A DNA stretch of 64,000 nucleotides, taken from assembly GCA_045863235.1 (NCBI GenBank), contig BTUM01000028.1:1-64000 (forward strand), in the 5' to 3' direction. The position numbers and the translations under genes are program-made. Below, piece after piece: positions 24,927 to 34,554 of this stretch (positions are counted from its first letter, which is position 1; every line of letters starts with the position of its first letter). A model generated the notes under the pieces. It was given only the letters and a program-made list of their open reading frames with translations. It did not search any database and had not been told where the DNA came from. This DNA comes from Candidatus Xenobia bacterium (GTDB lineage Bacteria > Vulcanimicrobiota > Xenobia > Xenobiales > QWHO01).

Positions 24927-26117
24927 GTGTTCGTTCCCTTTCTGTACCAGCTGCGCCAGCGCGGAGTGCCGGTGGGAACCCAGGAGGCGGTGGCGCTGGC
25001 CTCGGCCCTCTCCAAGGGCCTGCACGGGAACTCGCTGAACGGGTTCTACCACGTGGCCAGGGCTCTGCTGGTGCACTCCGAGAACCACCTGGACGCCTTT
25101 GACGAGGCCTTTCTGGCTCACTTCAAGGGGGTCGAGGGCGAGTCTTTGAAGCTGCACAAGGAGCTGCTCGACTGGTTGCGCGAGGCGGCTCGGCGAGAGC
25201 GCACCCCCGAAGAGCAGCAGCTTTTCGACGAGCTCACCCTGGAAGAGCTGGAGAAGCTCTACGAGCAGCGCCTGCGCGAGCAGACCGAGCGACACGACCT
25301 GGGCAGTCACTGGATCGGCACCGGGGGTAGCTCTCCCTTCGGCCACAGCGGGGTAGGGCGACAGGGCTTCCGCATCGGGGGCCAGGGTGGGGCGCGCTCG
25401 GCCATTCGGGTGGCCGATGCTCGCAACTACCGGGCCTACCGTGACGACCTCGTGCTAGACGTTCGTCAGTTTGCCATGGCCCTGCGCAGACTGCGCAGCT
25501 TCAGTCGCGAGGGCAACGACCTGGAGCTCGACCTGGAAGGTACGATCGATGCCACTGCTCGGAACGCCGGTGAGCTGGAGGTCGTGGTCCGACCTCCTCG
25601 ACGCACCAACGTGCGGGTCATCTTGATGATGGACGTGGGCGGCTCGATGGATCCTTACGCCCACACCGTCGAACAGCTCTTTTCGGCGGCTGCCCGGGCC
25701 ACCCACTTCAAGGAGCTGCGTTCCTACTTCTTTCACAACTGCATCTATGGTCACGTCTACAGCACCGAAGGGCTGCGCAAGCGGGTCAGTCTGGACGAGC
25801 TGTTTCGCACCACCGGGCGCCACTACAAGCTGATCGTGGTCGGCGACGCGCTGATGGCACCTTACGAATTGCTGTCGGCCCGAGGGGGCTACACCATCAA
25901 CCGCTCCGAGGGCAAGACCGGGCTCGACTGGCTCACGGTCCTGGCCCAACACTACCCGCGCAGCGTCTGGCTCAATCCCGAGCGCCAGATCTACTGGAAC
26001 GACCCCACCAGTACCCTGGCCGTCATCCGCACGGTCTTTCCCATGTATCCGCTCACCCTGCACGGTCTGGATCAGGCCGTGCGCTTTCTGTTGACCGGTC
26101 GACGGGAAGTGGCCTGA
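24927..26117 (+). CDS. VWA-domain (CoxE-like) partner of MoxR
   Basis: MDVGGSMD MIDAS-like motif, WIGTGGSSPFGHSG, FFHNC, VGDALMAPYEL, WLNP. Confidence 0.88.
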   Translation: MFVPFLYQLRQRGVPVGTQEAVALASALSKGLHGNSLNGFYHVARALLVHSENHLDAFDEAFLAHFKGVEGESLKLHKELLDWLREAARRERTPEEQQLFDELTLEELEKLYEQRLREQTERHDLGSHWIGTGGSSPFGHSGVGRQGFRIGGQGGARSAIRVADARNYRAYRDDLVLDVRQFAMALRRLRSFSREGNDLELDLEGTIDATARNAGELEVVVRPPRRTNVRVILMMDVGGSMDPYAHTVEQLFSAAARATHFKELRSYFFHNCIYGHVYSTEGLRKRVSLDELFRTTGRHYKLIVVGDALMAPYELLSARGGYTINRSEGKTGLDWLTVLAQHYPRSVWLNPERQIYWNDPTSTLAVIRTVFPMYPLTLHGLDQAVRFLLTGRREVA

Positions 26118-26124
26118 ACGGAGA

Positions 26125-26149
26125 AGGGCCGGCCCATCGGGCCGGCCCT
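26125..26149. terminator. GC-rich hairpin between convergent genes
   Basis: AGGGCCGGCCC-atc-GGGCCGGCCCT perfect 11-bp stem; no clear U-tract. Confidence 0.5.
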
Positions 26150-26213
26150 CGAGGCCGTTACACTTTGGTCTTTAGCCGTACTGACGAACGGCGCCGGACC
26201 ATCTTTGTAACGT

Positions 26214-26663
26214 CTAAGGCTGCAGAACCAGACCTCGTCCGGGGGTGTATTGAGGATAGCCTGCCGCTACGCCCTGCAACAGAAGGTGATGGACCCCGTC
26301 GCACGACACGGTGTAGGCTTCCGCATTGGTCTCCAGCGTGTAGAAGTTCTGGCTGGAAGGACAACGCACTTCGCCTGGCTGAATGTATCGGCCCGTGAAG
26401 ATCACGTGGCCGGGGTTGATGACTCCCGGCAACGGGTAGGTATCGTTCTCGGTCCGATAGGTTTCCAGGGCGCCCACGATGGCACGCTCATTGTTCATGC
26501 AGCTGCTCAGGTGAGCACGGTACTTGGCTTTGATCCAGTTCGGCGTCATGATTGCGAACAGGATCGCGATGATAAAGACGACGATCATAATCTCCAGCAG
26601 GGTAAACCCGCCGGAACGGGTCCTAGGGCCCGCTCGACGCGGAGCCCAGGCTTTGTAGCTCAT
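26214..26663 (-). CDS. Type IV pilin / pseudopilin
   Basis: Class III signal SGG|FTLLEIMIVVFIIAILFAIMTP; GGAGG RBS before ATG 26663. Confidence 0.9.
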   Translation of the reverse strand: MSYKAWAPRRAGPRTRSGGFTLLEIMIVVFIIAILFAIMTPNWIKAKYRAHLSSCMNNERAIVGALETYRTENDTYPLPGVINPGHVIFTGRYIQPGEVRCPSSQNFYTLETNAEAYTVSCDGVHHLLLQGVAAGYPQYTPGRGLVLQP

Positions 26664-26835
26664 CTTGTTCCCTCCAGCAGACTGATATTGCGGTCTGGAC
26701 TGGCCGGAACGAGCATGTACGGATGGAAAATGACGTAAACCTCTTCGGCCAGCCAGCCTGACCTGAGTGGAAAATTCGCCTTCCCTGGAGGAACTCATCC
26801 TTACGGTGATAAATTTATTCTAGCGGGGAGTCCTT

Positions 26836-27303
26836 TTGACCTACACATATCATAGCTCGTCCAAGAAACTGGGGGCACTGGCGCTGGTGTTCCTGCCGAT
26901 GGCTGGTTTTCTCGTCAAGATCGGCCTGGAGGGAAATCGCATCGTCCCGCCTCAGATGAAAGAGGACTTGATGCGATTCGTGGTCGTTTATTGCCCCTTC
27001 ATCCTGGCCACTGTTCTGCTTGGGATGTATCTGTACATGCTGGCTACTCAGGCCGGCCGCCGACTTGACATCGGGTCGATCGGGGTCACCCTGACGGCCG
27101 GGAACAAGTCTACCACGGTAGGCTGGGCCTCGATGGTGGTCAACCGGGCTCAGACCGGGAACATGACTTCCTCCAGCCTGATCTCCGACGGCCAGAGCAG
27201 TATCCGCATTCAGCGCTTCTTCTGGCCAGAACACGACGACATTCTCAATCGACTCGAGCGCACAGTCAAGCACAACCGCACCGCCAAAACGGTCAAGATG
27301 TAG
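26836..27303 (+). CDS. Hypothetical 2-TM protein
   Basis: TTG start after GGGGAG; two hydrophobic helices then a soluble beta-rich domain. Confidence 0.6.
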   Translation: MTYTYHSSSKKLGALALVFLPMAGFLVKIGLEGNRIVPPQMKEDLMRFVVVYCPFILATVLLGMYLYMLATQAGRRLDIGSIGVTLTAGNKSTTVGWASMVVNRAQTGNMTSSSLISDGQSSIRIQRFFWPEHDDILNRLERTVKHNRTAKTVKM

Positions 27304-28474
27304 CCGGGCGTCGCCTCTTCACCAGCGCGAAGAGCACGATCAGAATCAGGGTCCCCAGCAGGGTGATGCCGTCGCACAGGTGCAAAAACTCGTCCACTTT
27401 GCCCTGCTTGACGTAAACGGCCATCCGGGTGGCCACCCAGGCGCACACCGCCCGGTCGAGTAGAGATTCTACCGAGAGCAGGCTGGCCCGGTAGCGCGAA
27501 TCGGGAATGGCGTCGTTGAGCACCTGGCGCTGAATCGGGTAGCTGAAGCCAACGGCCAGTGCGAAGACGCTCAACCAGGCAACCGCTCCGGCCGGACCCG
27601 ACCAGGCCATCAACGAGCAGCTGACGGCCATGATCAGGGTCATCAGGAAGACCGCGTTGAGGTCGCTCATGAAGCGTCGCAACCATCCAGGGTAGGCTGA
27701 ACCGAGAGCCTCGAAGATGGTGTTGAGGGACATGATCACGCCGTAGGCGCCCAGGGCGAACTTCTTGTCCTCCAGGATGGGGTTGAACAAGTTGACCTGC
27801 ACGATGCGGGAGAGCACGAAGATGCCCGTGCCCTGGGCGATCACCAGCAGCAGGTAGGGGCTCGAGAAGAGCAACTTGAGCACGATGGCGGGTTTGACCC
27901 GATCGCGCGGGTGCACCGGCAGGCTGAATTCGGGCAGGCGCAGGGCGATCGCAAAGGCGATCAGGGCCGAGAGCGCGGTGAGCCAGTAGGGAAGCTCGAG
28001 CTTCCACTCCATCAGGTAGCCGATGCCGGCCCAGCCCACCACCTTGCCGACCAGCGAGTAGGAACGGGCCAGGCCCTCGGTGCTCTTGTAGTAGCCTTCC
28101 GCGCCCGACTCTTGCAGGTAGTTGTAGAGATAGGCGCTGGAAGCCCCCGAGATGAGAGAGCGGGAGAGGGCGACCAGCATCCAGTGACCCAGAAAGCCCC
28201 CGAAGGTGGGCACGAAGACCACCAGCAGGTTGGACACCACCAGCAAGAGGGCCCCCGAGATCATGCACTTGCGCTGGCTCCAGCGGTCGGCGAGATACCC
28301 GGTGGGCAGCTCCATCAGGCAGAAGGCGATGTAATACAGGCTCTGGATCTCGAAAATCTGCGCATCGCTCAGCCCCATCTTCTTCTGGTACTCGTAGAAC
28401 ACTGGCGCCCACAGTAAGAGCGAGAAGAAGAACTGGAAGCCGTAGAACAGCTTGATGACGCGGTGGGGATTCAT
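27293..28474 (-). CDS. MFS transporter
   Basis: About 12 TM; ELPTGYLADRWSQRK motif A; SLISGASSAYLY. Confidence 0.9.
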   Translation of the reverse strand: MNPHRVIKLFYGFQFFFSLLLWAPVFYEYQKKMGLSDAQIFEIQSLYYIAFCLMELPTGYLADRWSQRKCMISGALLLVVSNLLVVFVPTFGGFLGHWMLVALSRSLISGASSAYLYNYLQESGAEGYYKSTEGLARSYSLVGKVVGWAGIGYLMEWKLELPYWLTALSALIAFAIALRLPEFSLPVHPRDRVKPAIVLKLLFSSPYLLLVIAQGTGIFVLSRIVQVNLFNPILEDKKFALGAYGVIMSLNTIFEALGSAYPGWLRRFMSDLNAVFLMTLIMAVSCSLMAWSGPAGAVAWLSVFALAVGFSYPIQRQVLNDAIPDSRYRASLLSVESLLDRAVCAWVATRMAVYVKQGKVDEFLHLCDGITLLGTLILIVLFALVKRRRPATS

Positions 28475-28507
28475 CCGGTCGGACGTATCACGGATCGACC
28501 CGTCGGG

Positions 28508-29176
28508 TCAATGCCAGCGGAAGGGGTTGAAGTCGGTGTCGCGATCGTAGACGTCCTGGTCCTCGGCCCGCTTGAGGAAGGCCACCACCTTGTAGGTGAC
28601 CGGAGTCATGGCGATCTCGACCAGGCACTTGTAGAGGTATCCGGTCAGCGTGTAGCTCAGGATGCGGGCCGGCGAGAGGATGCCCCAGAAAGCGATGGTG
28701 CAAAAGAGCATCGTGTCCACCAGCTCGCCCACCAGGGTGGAGCCGATGGTCCGCTGCCACAGGTTGCGGCCCGACGCCGCCACCTTCATGCGGGCCAGCA
28801 CGTACGAGTTGGCGAACTCGCCCCAGAAGTAGCCGAGCAGCCCGGCCAGGGCGATGCGCGGGGAGACGCCCAGCACCTTGCGGAAGGCCTCCTGGCCCAC
28901 GTTCTGGTTCCATTCCGGGTCGGGCGGCATGGCCACGCTCAGGGCCAGCACCAGGTTCATCACCAGCAGCCAGAAGAACCCCGTCCAGATGACCCGCCGG
29001 CTCTTTTGGTAGCCGTAGACCTCGGTCAGGATGTCGCCAAAGACGTAGCTGATGGGGAAGATGAAGGCCCCCCCGTCGAAGACCAGGCCCCCCACCTCGA
29101 AGACCTTGATGGCGGCGATGTTGCTGATCAAGAGCACGGCCACGAAGCTGGCCGTGATGAGGTCGAGGTAGCGCAT
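28508..29176 (-). CDS. Queuosine precursor transporter (YhhQ/Vut_1, DUF165)
   Basis: LLISNIAAIK, FPISYVFGDILTEVYGY, RTIGSTLVGELVDT. Confidence 0.9.
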   Translation of the reverse strand: MRYLDLITASFVAVLLISNIAAIKVFEVGGLVFDGGAFIFPISYVFGDILTEVYGYQKSRRVIWTGFFWLLVMNLVLALSVAMPPDPEWNQNVGQEAFRKVLGVSPRIALAGLLGYFWGEFANSYVLARMKVAASGRNLWQRTIGSTLVGELVDTMLFCTIAFWGILSPARILSYTLTGYLYKCLVEIAMTPVTYKVVAFLKRAEDQDVYDRDTDFNPFRWH

Positions 29177-29353
29177 CGGGTCGGCGATTCGGAATTGCCG
29201 GGGAGATGCCTTCAGGGGGGAAGCTGTGATTGCCAGGCCGCACTTCTATCGCAATCCACGCACTCGTGCCTCATCGCGAAGTCGCCGGGCTGAACCACCA
29301 GACCTGTCGGAGCCGGAGGAGCCACTGGCCTTCGACAGAATACGCTCCAGGCT

Positions 29354-29851
29354 GTGGACACGCGCGTTTTTCTCTGGGCCCTGGCGGGCTGGCTCATCTT
29401 TGGCCTTCTGGGGGCGCTGGCCCTGTTGGGCCAGCAGGCGCCCGCCCAGCAGCTGGCGGTGGGCTTTCTCATCCCGGGCGTGTTCGGCCTGATGGTGGGC
29501 GGCATGCTCGGCATGGTGCGCCGCCTCAAGGCGAACCAGCGCGAGCTTGGCCGCTTCCTGCTGACTGTCATCGGGGGCACAGTGGTGCTGGGCACCGTGT
29601 TCACTCAGCTTTGCCACGCGCTCGGCTGGCCGGCCTGGGTGGCGGCCCTGGGGGCCGACCTGGGCGGTCTGGGGGGCCTGGTTCTCAGCCAGCGCCAGTT
29701 TCGCCGCCCCCTGGCTGCGGCCGAAGCGGGCCTGATGCTGACGGCCATGACCATTCTGGGCTATGACAGCTTTGGGCTCTTGATCGTGCCCATCCTGGTC
29801 ATCTCGGCTGTGGCCCTCAACTACCACATCAAGAAGTCCAACAAGTGCTGA
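29354..29851 (+). CDS. Hypothetical membrane protein
   Basis: Five to six hydrophobic segments; overlaps the start of the Hsp70-like gene. Confidence 0.65.
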   Translation: MDTRVFLWALAGWLIFGLLGALALLGQQAPAQQLAVGFLIPGVFGLMVGGMLGMVRRLKANQRELGRFLLTVIGGTVVLGTVFTQLCHALGWPAWVAALGADLGGLGGLVLSQRQFRRPLAAAEAGLMLTAMTILGYDSFGLLIVPILVISAVALNYHIKKSNKC

Positions 29852-32800
29852 CCTGCCAGGATCCGGCCTGCCTGGGCTGGACGCTCTTGCCCACGGACTC
29901 GTTTTGCTCCTGGTGCGGCGGCAGGCTGGTCGAGCTCGAGGTGAGCTTCGAGTTCAAGCACGGCGAGGAGTGGATGGCGCTCGATCCCCCCGTGCTCAAC
30001 CGCGAGCGACGGCCCGCCCTGCGGGTGCTGGTGCGCCACACGGGCGATGCGGGCTCGGCCCTGGTTCGCTCCGACGACGTGCGCTCGGAAGCTCCCTGGC
30101 TGGGTCTGGACACGCTCTCCTTGAAGCCCACCACCCTGGGCCCGGGCGAGTCGGTCAGCGTGGGCATCTCGCGCCTCAAGGTGCCGGGCAAGGAAGACTC
30201 GGTGCAGGAGGCGCGCATACAGGTGGAGGTGCCCGGCTCGCCCGGGGTCGCCCCGCTGGCGGCCTCGCGGGTGCTCGAGTTCTCGCCCCCGCCCCAGTTC
30301 AGCCTGGATCTGGCCACCCAGGAAGTCCTGCTTCTGCCCGACAGCCAACCGGTCATCGACGGGGTGCTGTTGCTCGTGCGCGGGCACGTCTGGCTGGAGG
30401 GGCCGCCCGAGTTCACAGGCACCTGGGCCGACCTGGAGCTGGCCGAAACGCTCAGCTTTCCGCTCGAGCTGGACGCTCGCCGCCTGGCCCGCATTCCCAT
30501 CCGCCTCAAAGTGCGCCCCGAGACAGCTCAGGATCTGCGCGAGTCGGCCAGCGCCGCGGCCGAGGGGCTGAAGCGCCGGGCCAGCCTGCGCTTGCGCTGC
30601 ACCGACCGGGGCACCCGCAATCGCAGCGCCGAGGCTCTCCCCCTGGATGTGCCGCTGGAGGTCGGCTTCGTGCTTGGCCCCGAGCTCATGGTGGCCCCCT
30701 TCCCCGAGAGCCGCCGGCTCGACTACGACCTGCTGCGCCGGGTCTCGGACCATCGGCCGGTGCGCTTGCTCCTCTCCAACGGCCCGCCTCGGGCCCGGGG
30801 ACGGCTCGAGCTGGTGGTCCACCAGCTCGAGATCGACGTCCCCTGGCTGAGCTGCCCCCAGGCTCCCCCTTTGCCCTGGCGCATCCCCACCGGCGAGTCG
30901 CTCGAGCTCTTGCTGCAGGTGGGCGCGGTGCAGGATGAGACGGCCACGTTGAGCTTCGTGTGCAACGATCCGCTGGCTCGCCCGTGCTATCTGCGCGTGC
31001 GCACCCGCGAGGCGGCCGAGTATCCAGGCTGGCTGGTGATCGACCTGGGCACCACCAACACCTGCGCCGCGCTGGTGGACGAGAACCGCCGCGTGGAGAT
31101 GCTGGCTCTGGACGCCGAAGCCCGCCTGCTCGACGAGCAGCCCCTGGGGGCCGAGAGCGAGCCCCGAGGCCCCGAGACGATGCCCTCGGTGCTCTGCTAC
31201 CTGGAGCTTGCCGCCGCCCATCGCTACCGGGCCGGCACCTGGGCCTGGGAGCAGGCCGGCCACGCCGCCGCTGCCCGGGCGGTGGTGTCGGGGGCCAAGC
31301 GGCGCCTGGGCGACAGCGAGTTCCGCTTCGAGGTGGTGCCGGTGGACGAGCCGGCCGAGACGGTGCTGCTCACCCCCGCCCAGGCCATGCGCGATCTCTA
31401 CGCCCACGTGGTGGAGAAGGCGATGGAGCACCTGGCCGCCCAGGGGCGCTCCGACCTGGTGCTGCGCCGCTGCCTGATCACTCACCCCTCGCGCTTTTCC
31501 GTGCACCAGATCGAAGAGCTGAAGTCGGCCGTGCGCGAGGCCATGGAGGCCCAGCGCCAGCGCTTTGCGCCCCACTTCGAGCCCTGCGAGGAGCCGGCCA
31601 CCCTGCACGAGCCGGTGGGAGCCGCTCTGCACTACCTCAACGACTGGCGAAGCCACGCTCCCCTGCACGAAGCGGCCGACCAGGACGAGCTGAGCTATCA
31701 CCTGCTGGTGTTCGACTACGGCGGCGGCACCCTGGACGTGACGTTGCTGCGCATCGTGTCACAGCGACGGCTGCGAGGCGGGGGGGGAACCGAGACACTC
31801 CAGGAGCGGCTGACGCGCCATTGCTGGGAGCGCTGCCAGGCGGTGTTGCGGCGCGAGACCGGCGTGCTGGTGGCCCTGCCCGGCGAGGACGAGGAGCTGG
31901 CCGCCGGCAACAGCTTCGTGCTGGGCCAGTTCGTGGACAGCTGCCTGCGGGCGGTCCCCTCCGGCGAGCCTCCCGACTGGAAGGCGTTGGCCCAGAGCGC
32001 CCAGGTCAACGAGAAGGTGATGCTCTGCTACCGGCTCAACGGCACGCCCCGCGAGCGAATCTTCTCGCGCGCCGAGCTGCTCTCGGGGCTCAGCGGCAAG
32101 GAGTCGGGCGAGCACGCCTACAGCTACGTGGTGACGCCCACCGTGCTGGGGGCCACCGGCCAGCGCTGGATGGGCGGCGAGGACGTGACCGCGGTGGTGC
32201 GCGAGCTACTCGTGCAGCGGCTGCTGCGGGCCGTGCGCCTGAGCGAGAGCGCCGGCAAGATCGAGCTGCCCACCGAGGACAGCAGCCTGGCTGCCCGCAC
32301 CAATCGCAACTCGCTGCGGCTCTGGGCCGAGCGTTTGAAGGTGGCCCTGGCCTCGGGCGCGCCCGAGGACGAGCTGCGCACTACCTTCCAGAACCTCACC
32401 TTCGCCTTCGACGGCCAGGAGCGCATGCTGCCGGGCAGCCTGCTCTTCAAGCAGGCCGGGGCCCCCTCGCTGGACGAGGTGCAGGAGCCCATTCGTCCCC
32501 GCCTGCAAGAGACGGTGGAGGTGATCCGGCGCTTGCTCTCTTCTCATGCCCTGGAGCAGCCGGAGGTGCTGTTGCGGGTTGGCAAGGCCTCCAAGCTGCC
32601 GGTGGTGGACGAGGTGCTGCGCCAGGCCTTCCCGACCTCGCGCTACGTGACTCCCGAAGAGGCCAAGGAGTGCGTCGTCAAGGGCGCCAGCACCACCCAC
32701 CTGCCCGGCCGGGTGGGCACGGGGGTGCAGATCGCTGCCGGCACGCAACGCCCCAGCGTGCGCGTGCGCCTGGCCCGCCACCAGCAGAGCCTGACGGCCA

Positions 32801-33195
32801 CCACCAGCCGGTTGGGCATCAAGGTGTTCGAGGCTGGCCAGGCCTACTTTCACGAGCTGGTGGGAGCGGGCGTGGCTATCCCTCCTGAGGGCAAGACGGT
32901 CACGGTGTCGGGCCTGGTGCTGCACCCGGGCATGAACGTGCTGCCCGTGCTCGAGAACACCGGGCTGGTGGATCGCATGCTCGATGAGCTGGGCAAGTCC
33001 AATCCCGACATCCAGAGCATCCGGCAGTTCGAGATCGAGGTGCCCGAGGACATGGATCCCTTTGACCTCGAGGAGGTGGAGCTGACCTTCCGGGTTCTGC
33101 CCGACCTCTCGCTGCGCCTCAGCCTGGCCCTGGAGGGGCACGACCCCATGGAGCTCGAGCCCATCGCCGCCACCGACTATGGAAGGGGTTACTGA
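29845..33195 (+). CDS. Atypical Hsp70-family protein with N-terminal Zn-ribbon and beta-sandwich domains
   Basis: IDLGTTNT (phosphate 1), HEPVGAA, VFDYGGGTLDVT (phosphate 2), GGEDVT, VGKASKLP, AKECVVKGA; N-terminal CQDPAC...FCSWCG. Confidence 0.85.
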   Translation: MLTCQDPACLGWTLLPTDSFCSWCGGRLVELEVSFEFKHGEEWMALDPPVLNRERRPALRVLVRHTGDAGSALVRSDDVRSEAPWLGLDTLSLKPTTLGPGESVSVGISRLKVPGKEDSVQEARIQVEVPGSPGVAPLAASRVLEFSPPPQFSLDLATQEVLLLPDSQPVIDGVLLLVRGHVWLEGPPEFTGTWADLELAETLSFPLELDARRLARIPIRLKVRPETAQDLRESASAAAEGLKRRASLRLRCTDRGTRNRSAEALPLDVPLEVGFVLGPELMVAPFPESRRLDYDLLRRVSDHRPVRLLLSNGPPRARGRLELVVHQLEIDVPWLSCPQAPPLPWRIPTGESLELLLQVGAVQDETATLSFVCNDPLARPCYLRVRTREAAEYPGWLVIDLGTTNTCAALVDENRRVEMLALDAEARLLDEQPLGAESEPRGPETMPSVLCYLELAAAHRYRAGTWAWEQAGHAAAARAVVSGAKRRLGDSEFRFEVVPVDEPAETVLLTPAQAMRDLYAHVVEKAMEHLAAQGRSDLVLRRCLITHPSRFSVHQIEELKSAVREAMEAQRQRFAPHFEPCEEPATLHEPVGAALHYLNDWRSHAPLHEAADQDELSYHLLVFDYGGGTLDVTLLRIVSQRRLRGGGGTETLQERLTRHCWERCQAVLRRETGVLVALPGEDEELAAGNSFVLGQFVDSCLRAVPSGEPPDWKALAQSAQVNEKVMLCYRLNGTPRERIFSRAELLSGLSGKESGEHAYSYVVTPTVLGATGQRWMGGEDVTAVVRELLVQRLLRAVRLSESAGKIELPTEDSSLAARTNRNSLRLWAERLKVALASGAPEDELRTTFQNLTFAFDGQERMLPGSLLFKQAGAPSLDEVQEPIRPRLQETVEVIRRLLSSHALEQPEVLLRVGKASKLPVVDEVLRQAFPTSRYVTPEEAKECVVKGASTTHLPGRVGTGVQIAAGTQRPSVRVRLARHQQSLTATTSRLGIKVFEAGQAYFHELVGAGVAIPPEGKTVTVSGLVLHPGMNVLPVLENTGLVDRMLDELGKSNPDIQSIRQFEIEVPEDMDPFDLEEVELTFRVLPDLSLRLSLALEGHDPMELEPIAATDYGRGY

Positions 33196-33196
33196 G

Positions 33197-33850
33197 ATGG
33201 ACGAAGAGGTTCGTGAAGAGCTGTGGCGGATGCGTGAGGAGCTGTTCCACCTGCAAGAGGAGTTCCAGCGTGAGCTGGTGGAGCGCTTGCACGCTGAGAA
33301 TCGCGCCCTGCGCGAGCGGCTGGAGGTGCTCGAGCGTCGGCTGGGAGCCGGGGAGGCGGCTCCGCCGACCGATCCCGAGCAGCGGCAGTTGTGGGACTCG
33401 GCCTGCCGCATCGAGCAAGCCACCCTGGCTCTGTTGGAGGAAGCCCCCGAATCGCTCCTGAGCCCGCTTGAGACGCTGCGCGGTGAAGCCCAGCGGGTGG
33501 CCATGGGCCAGGGGCCACCCGAGGAGCTGCGCATGGCTTTGCTCAACCTGGTCACCCTGTTGGTGCCCGAGCTGGTGGAGCTGTGCGAGGCCGCCCGCCG
33601 TAGCGAGGATCCCGACCTGCCCTTCTTCGCTACCCTGGATGCCCGCCTGGAGGAGCTCTCCCGGGCGGCCGGCCTGGAGGAGATCCGCCCCGGGCCCGGC
33701 AGCGCTTACGACCCTTCCGAGCAGAATGCGCTCAAAGTAGTGCGCAGCAGCGACCCCGCCCAGCGCGATCGAGTGGACCGCTGCGTCAGCCGGGGATTTC
33801 GCCACGCCGGCAAACTGCTCAAGAAGGCCGAAGTGGTGGTATATCTGTGA
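33197..33850 (+). CDS. GrpE-like nucleotide exchange factor
   Basis: Coiled-coil N-terminus; C-terminal G..YDPSEQNA...VSRGF...GKLLKKAEVVV. Confidence 0.75.
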   Translation: MDEEVREELWRMREELFHLQEEFQRELVERLHAENRALRERLEVLERRLGAGEAAPPTDPEQRQLWDSACRIEQATLALLEEAPESLLSPLETLRGEAQRVAMGQGPPEELRMALLNLVTLLVPELVELCEAARRSEDPDLPFFATLDARLEELSRAAGLEEIRPGPGSAYDPSEQNALKVVRSSDPAQRDRVDRCVSRGFRHAGKLLKKAEVVVYL

Positions 33851-33920
33851 ACCTCTTTACAGGAAGGCGTCTGGCGGCAGGCGAATCCCCTTGTGAGCAT
33901 TTTCATCGCCGGAGGCGCGC

Positions 33921-34550
33921 GTGAACGACGTGAACGACGTTCGAGATCAATTGTTGGCTGCAATGTATCGAAGCTTTTATGCCGATGAGGCCCGCTTTGA
34001 CATCACACTCTGGTTGCGCAAGAACGACATGGGCCAGAGCGCCTTTGCGACCTCGCGCGACAAGCTCGAGCTCGACATCGGGCCGAACGGGCGCAACCTG
34101 ATCGACTCCATGTCCAACGCCAGCCTGATCGAAAAGCGCGTCGGCAGCGAGGCGGTCATCCTGCCGCTGGGGATCGACCGCTGCGAGGAGGACCAGCTCG
34201 TGGAGGCCGACATGGTGAAGACCATCCGGGATCGGCGTTTCCGGCTGCTCTCCACCATCCAGACCCTTCAGGCCCAGAGCAGCGATCAGAGCCGGGCCCA
34301 GACCGGTCGGGTGATGAACGAGACCCGGCTCAACCGCTTCGAGTGCGCGCCGGTCTTCAAGGAGTTCGAGAAGCGCGGCTGGACGGAAGCCCCCTCGGGC
34401 CAGAAGGAAGGCTGGGTGTGCATCACCTGGGAGGGGGCCCAGGCGCTCGAGCAGATGCGCGCTACCCGCCCCCCCGAGACCGACTCGGCCGCGCCCCAGA
34501 CCGACTCGAGCGGGGCCACCCCGCTCTCGGCCATCAAGTTCTTCGACTGA
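33921..34550 (+). CDS. Hypothetical protein, possible tandem winged-helix
   Basis: Two segments ending in wing-like motifs (ASLIE...ILPLGIDRCE; RGWTE...ITWEGAQALE). Confidence 0.6.
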   Translation: MNDVNDVRDQLLAAMYRSFYADEARFDITLWLRKNDMGQSAFATSRDKLELDIGPNGRNLIDSMSNASLIEKRVGSEAVILPLGIDRCEEDQLVEADMVKTIRDRRFRLLSTIQTLQAQSSDQSRAQTGRVMNETRLNRFECAPVFKEFEKRGWTEAPSGQKEGWVCITWEGAQALEQMRATRPPETDSAAPQTDSSGATPLSAIKFFD

Positions 34551-34554
34551 GCTT

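Noticed and set aside
24076..26117. MoxR-VWA pair as a novel system
   Set aside because: A common, well-known gene pair with nothing unusual in this copy
29177..29350. Possible preQ1 riboswitch upstream of the queuosine precursor transporter
   Set aside because: No short stem followed by the A-rich tail of preQ1-I is visible on the minus strand
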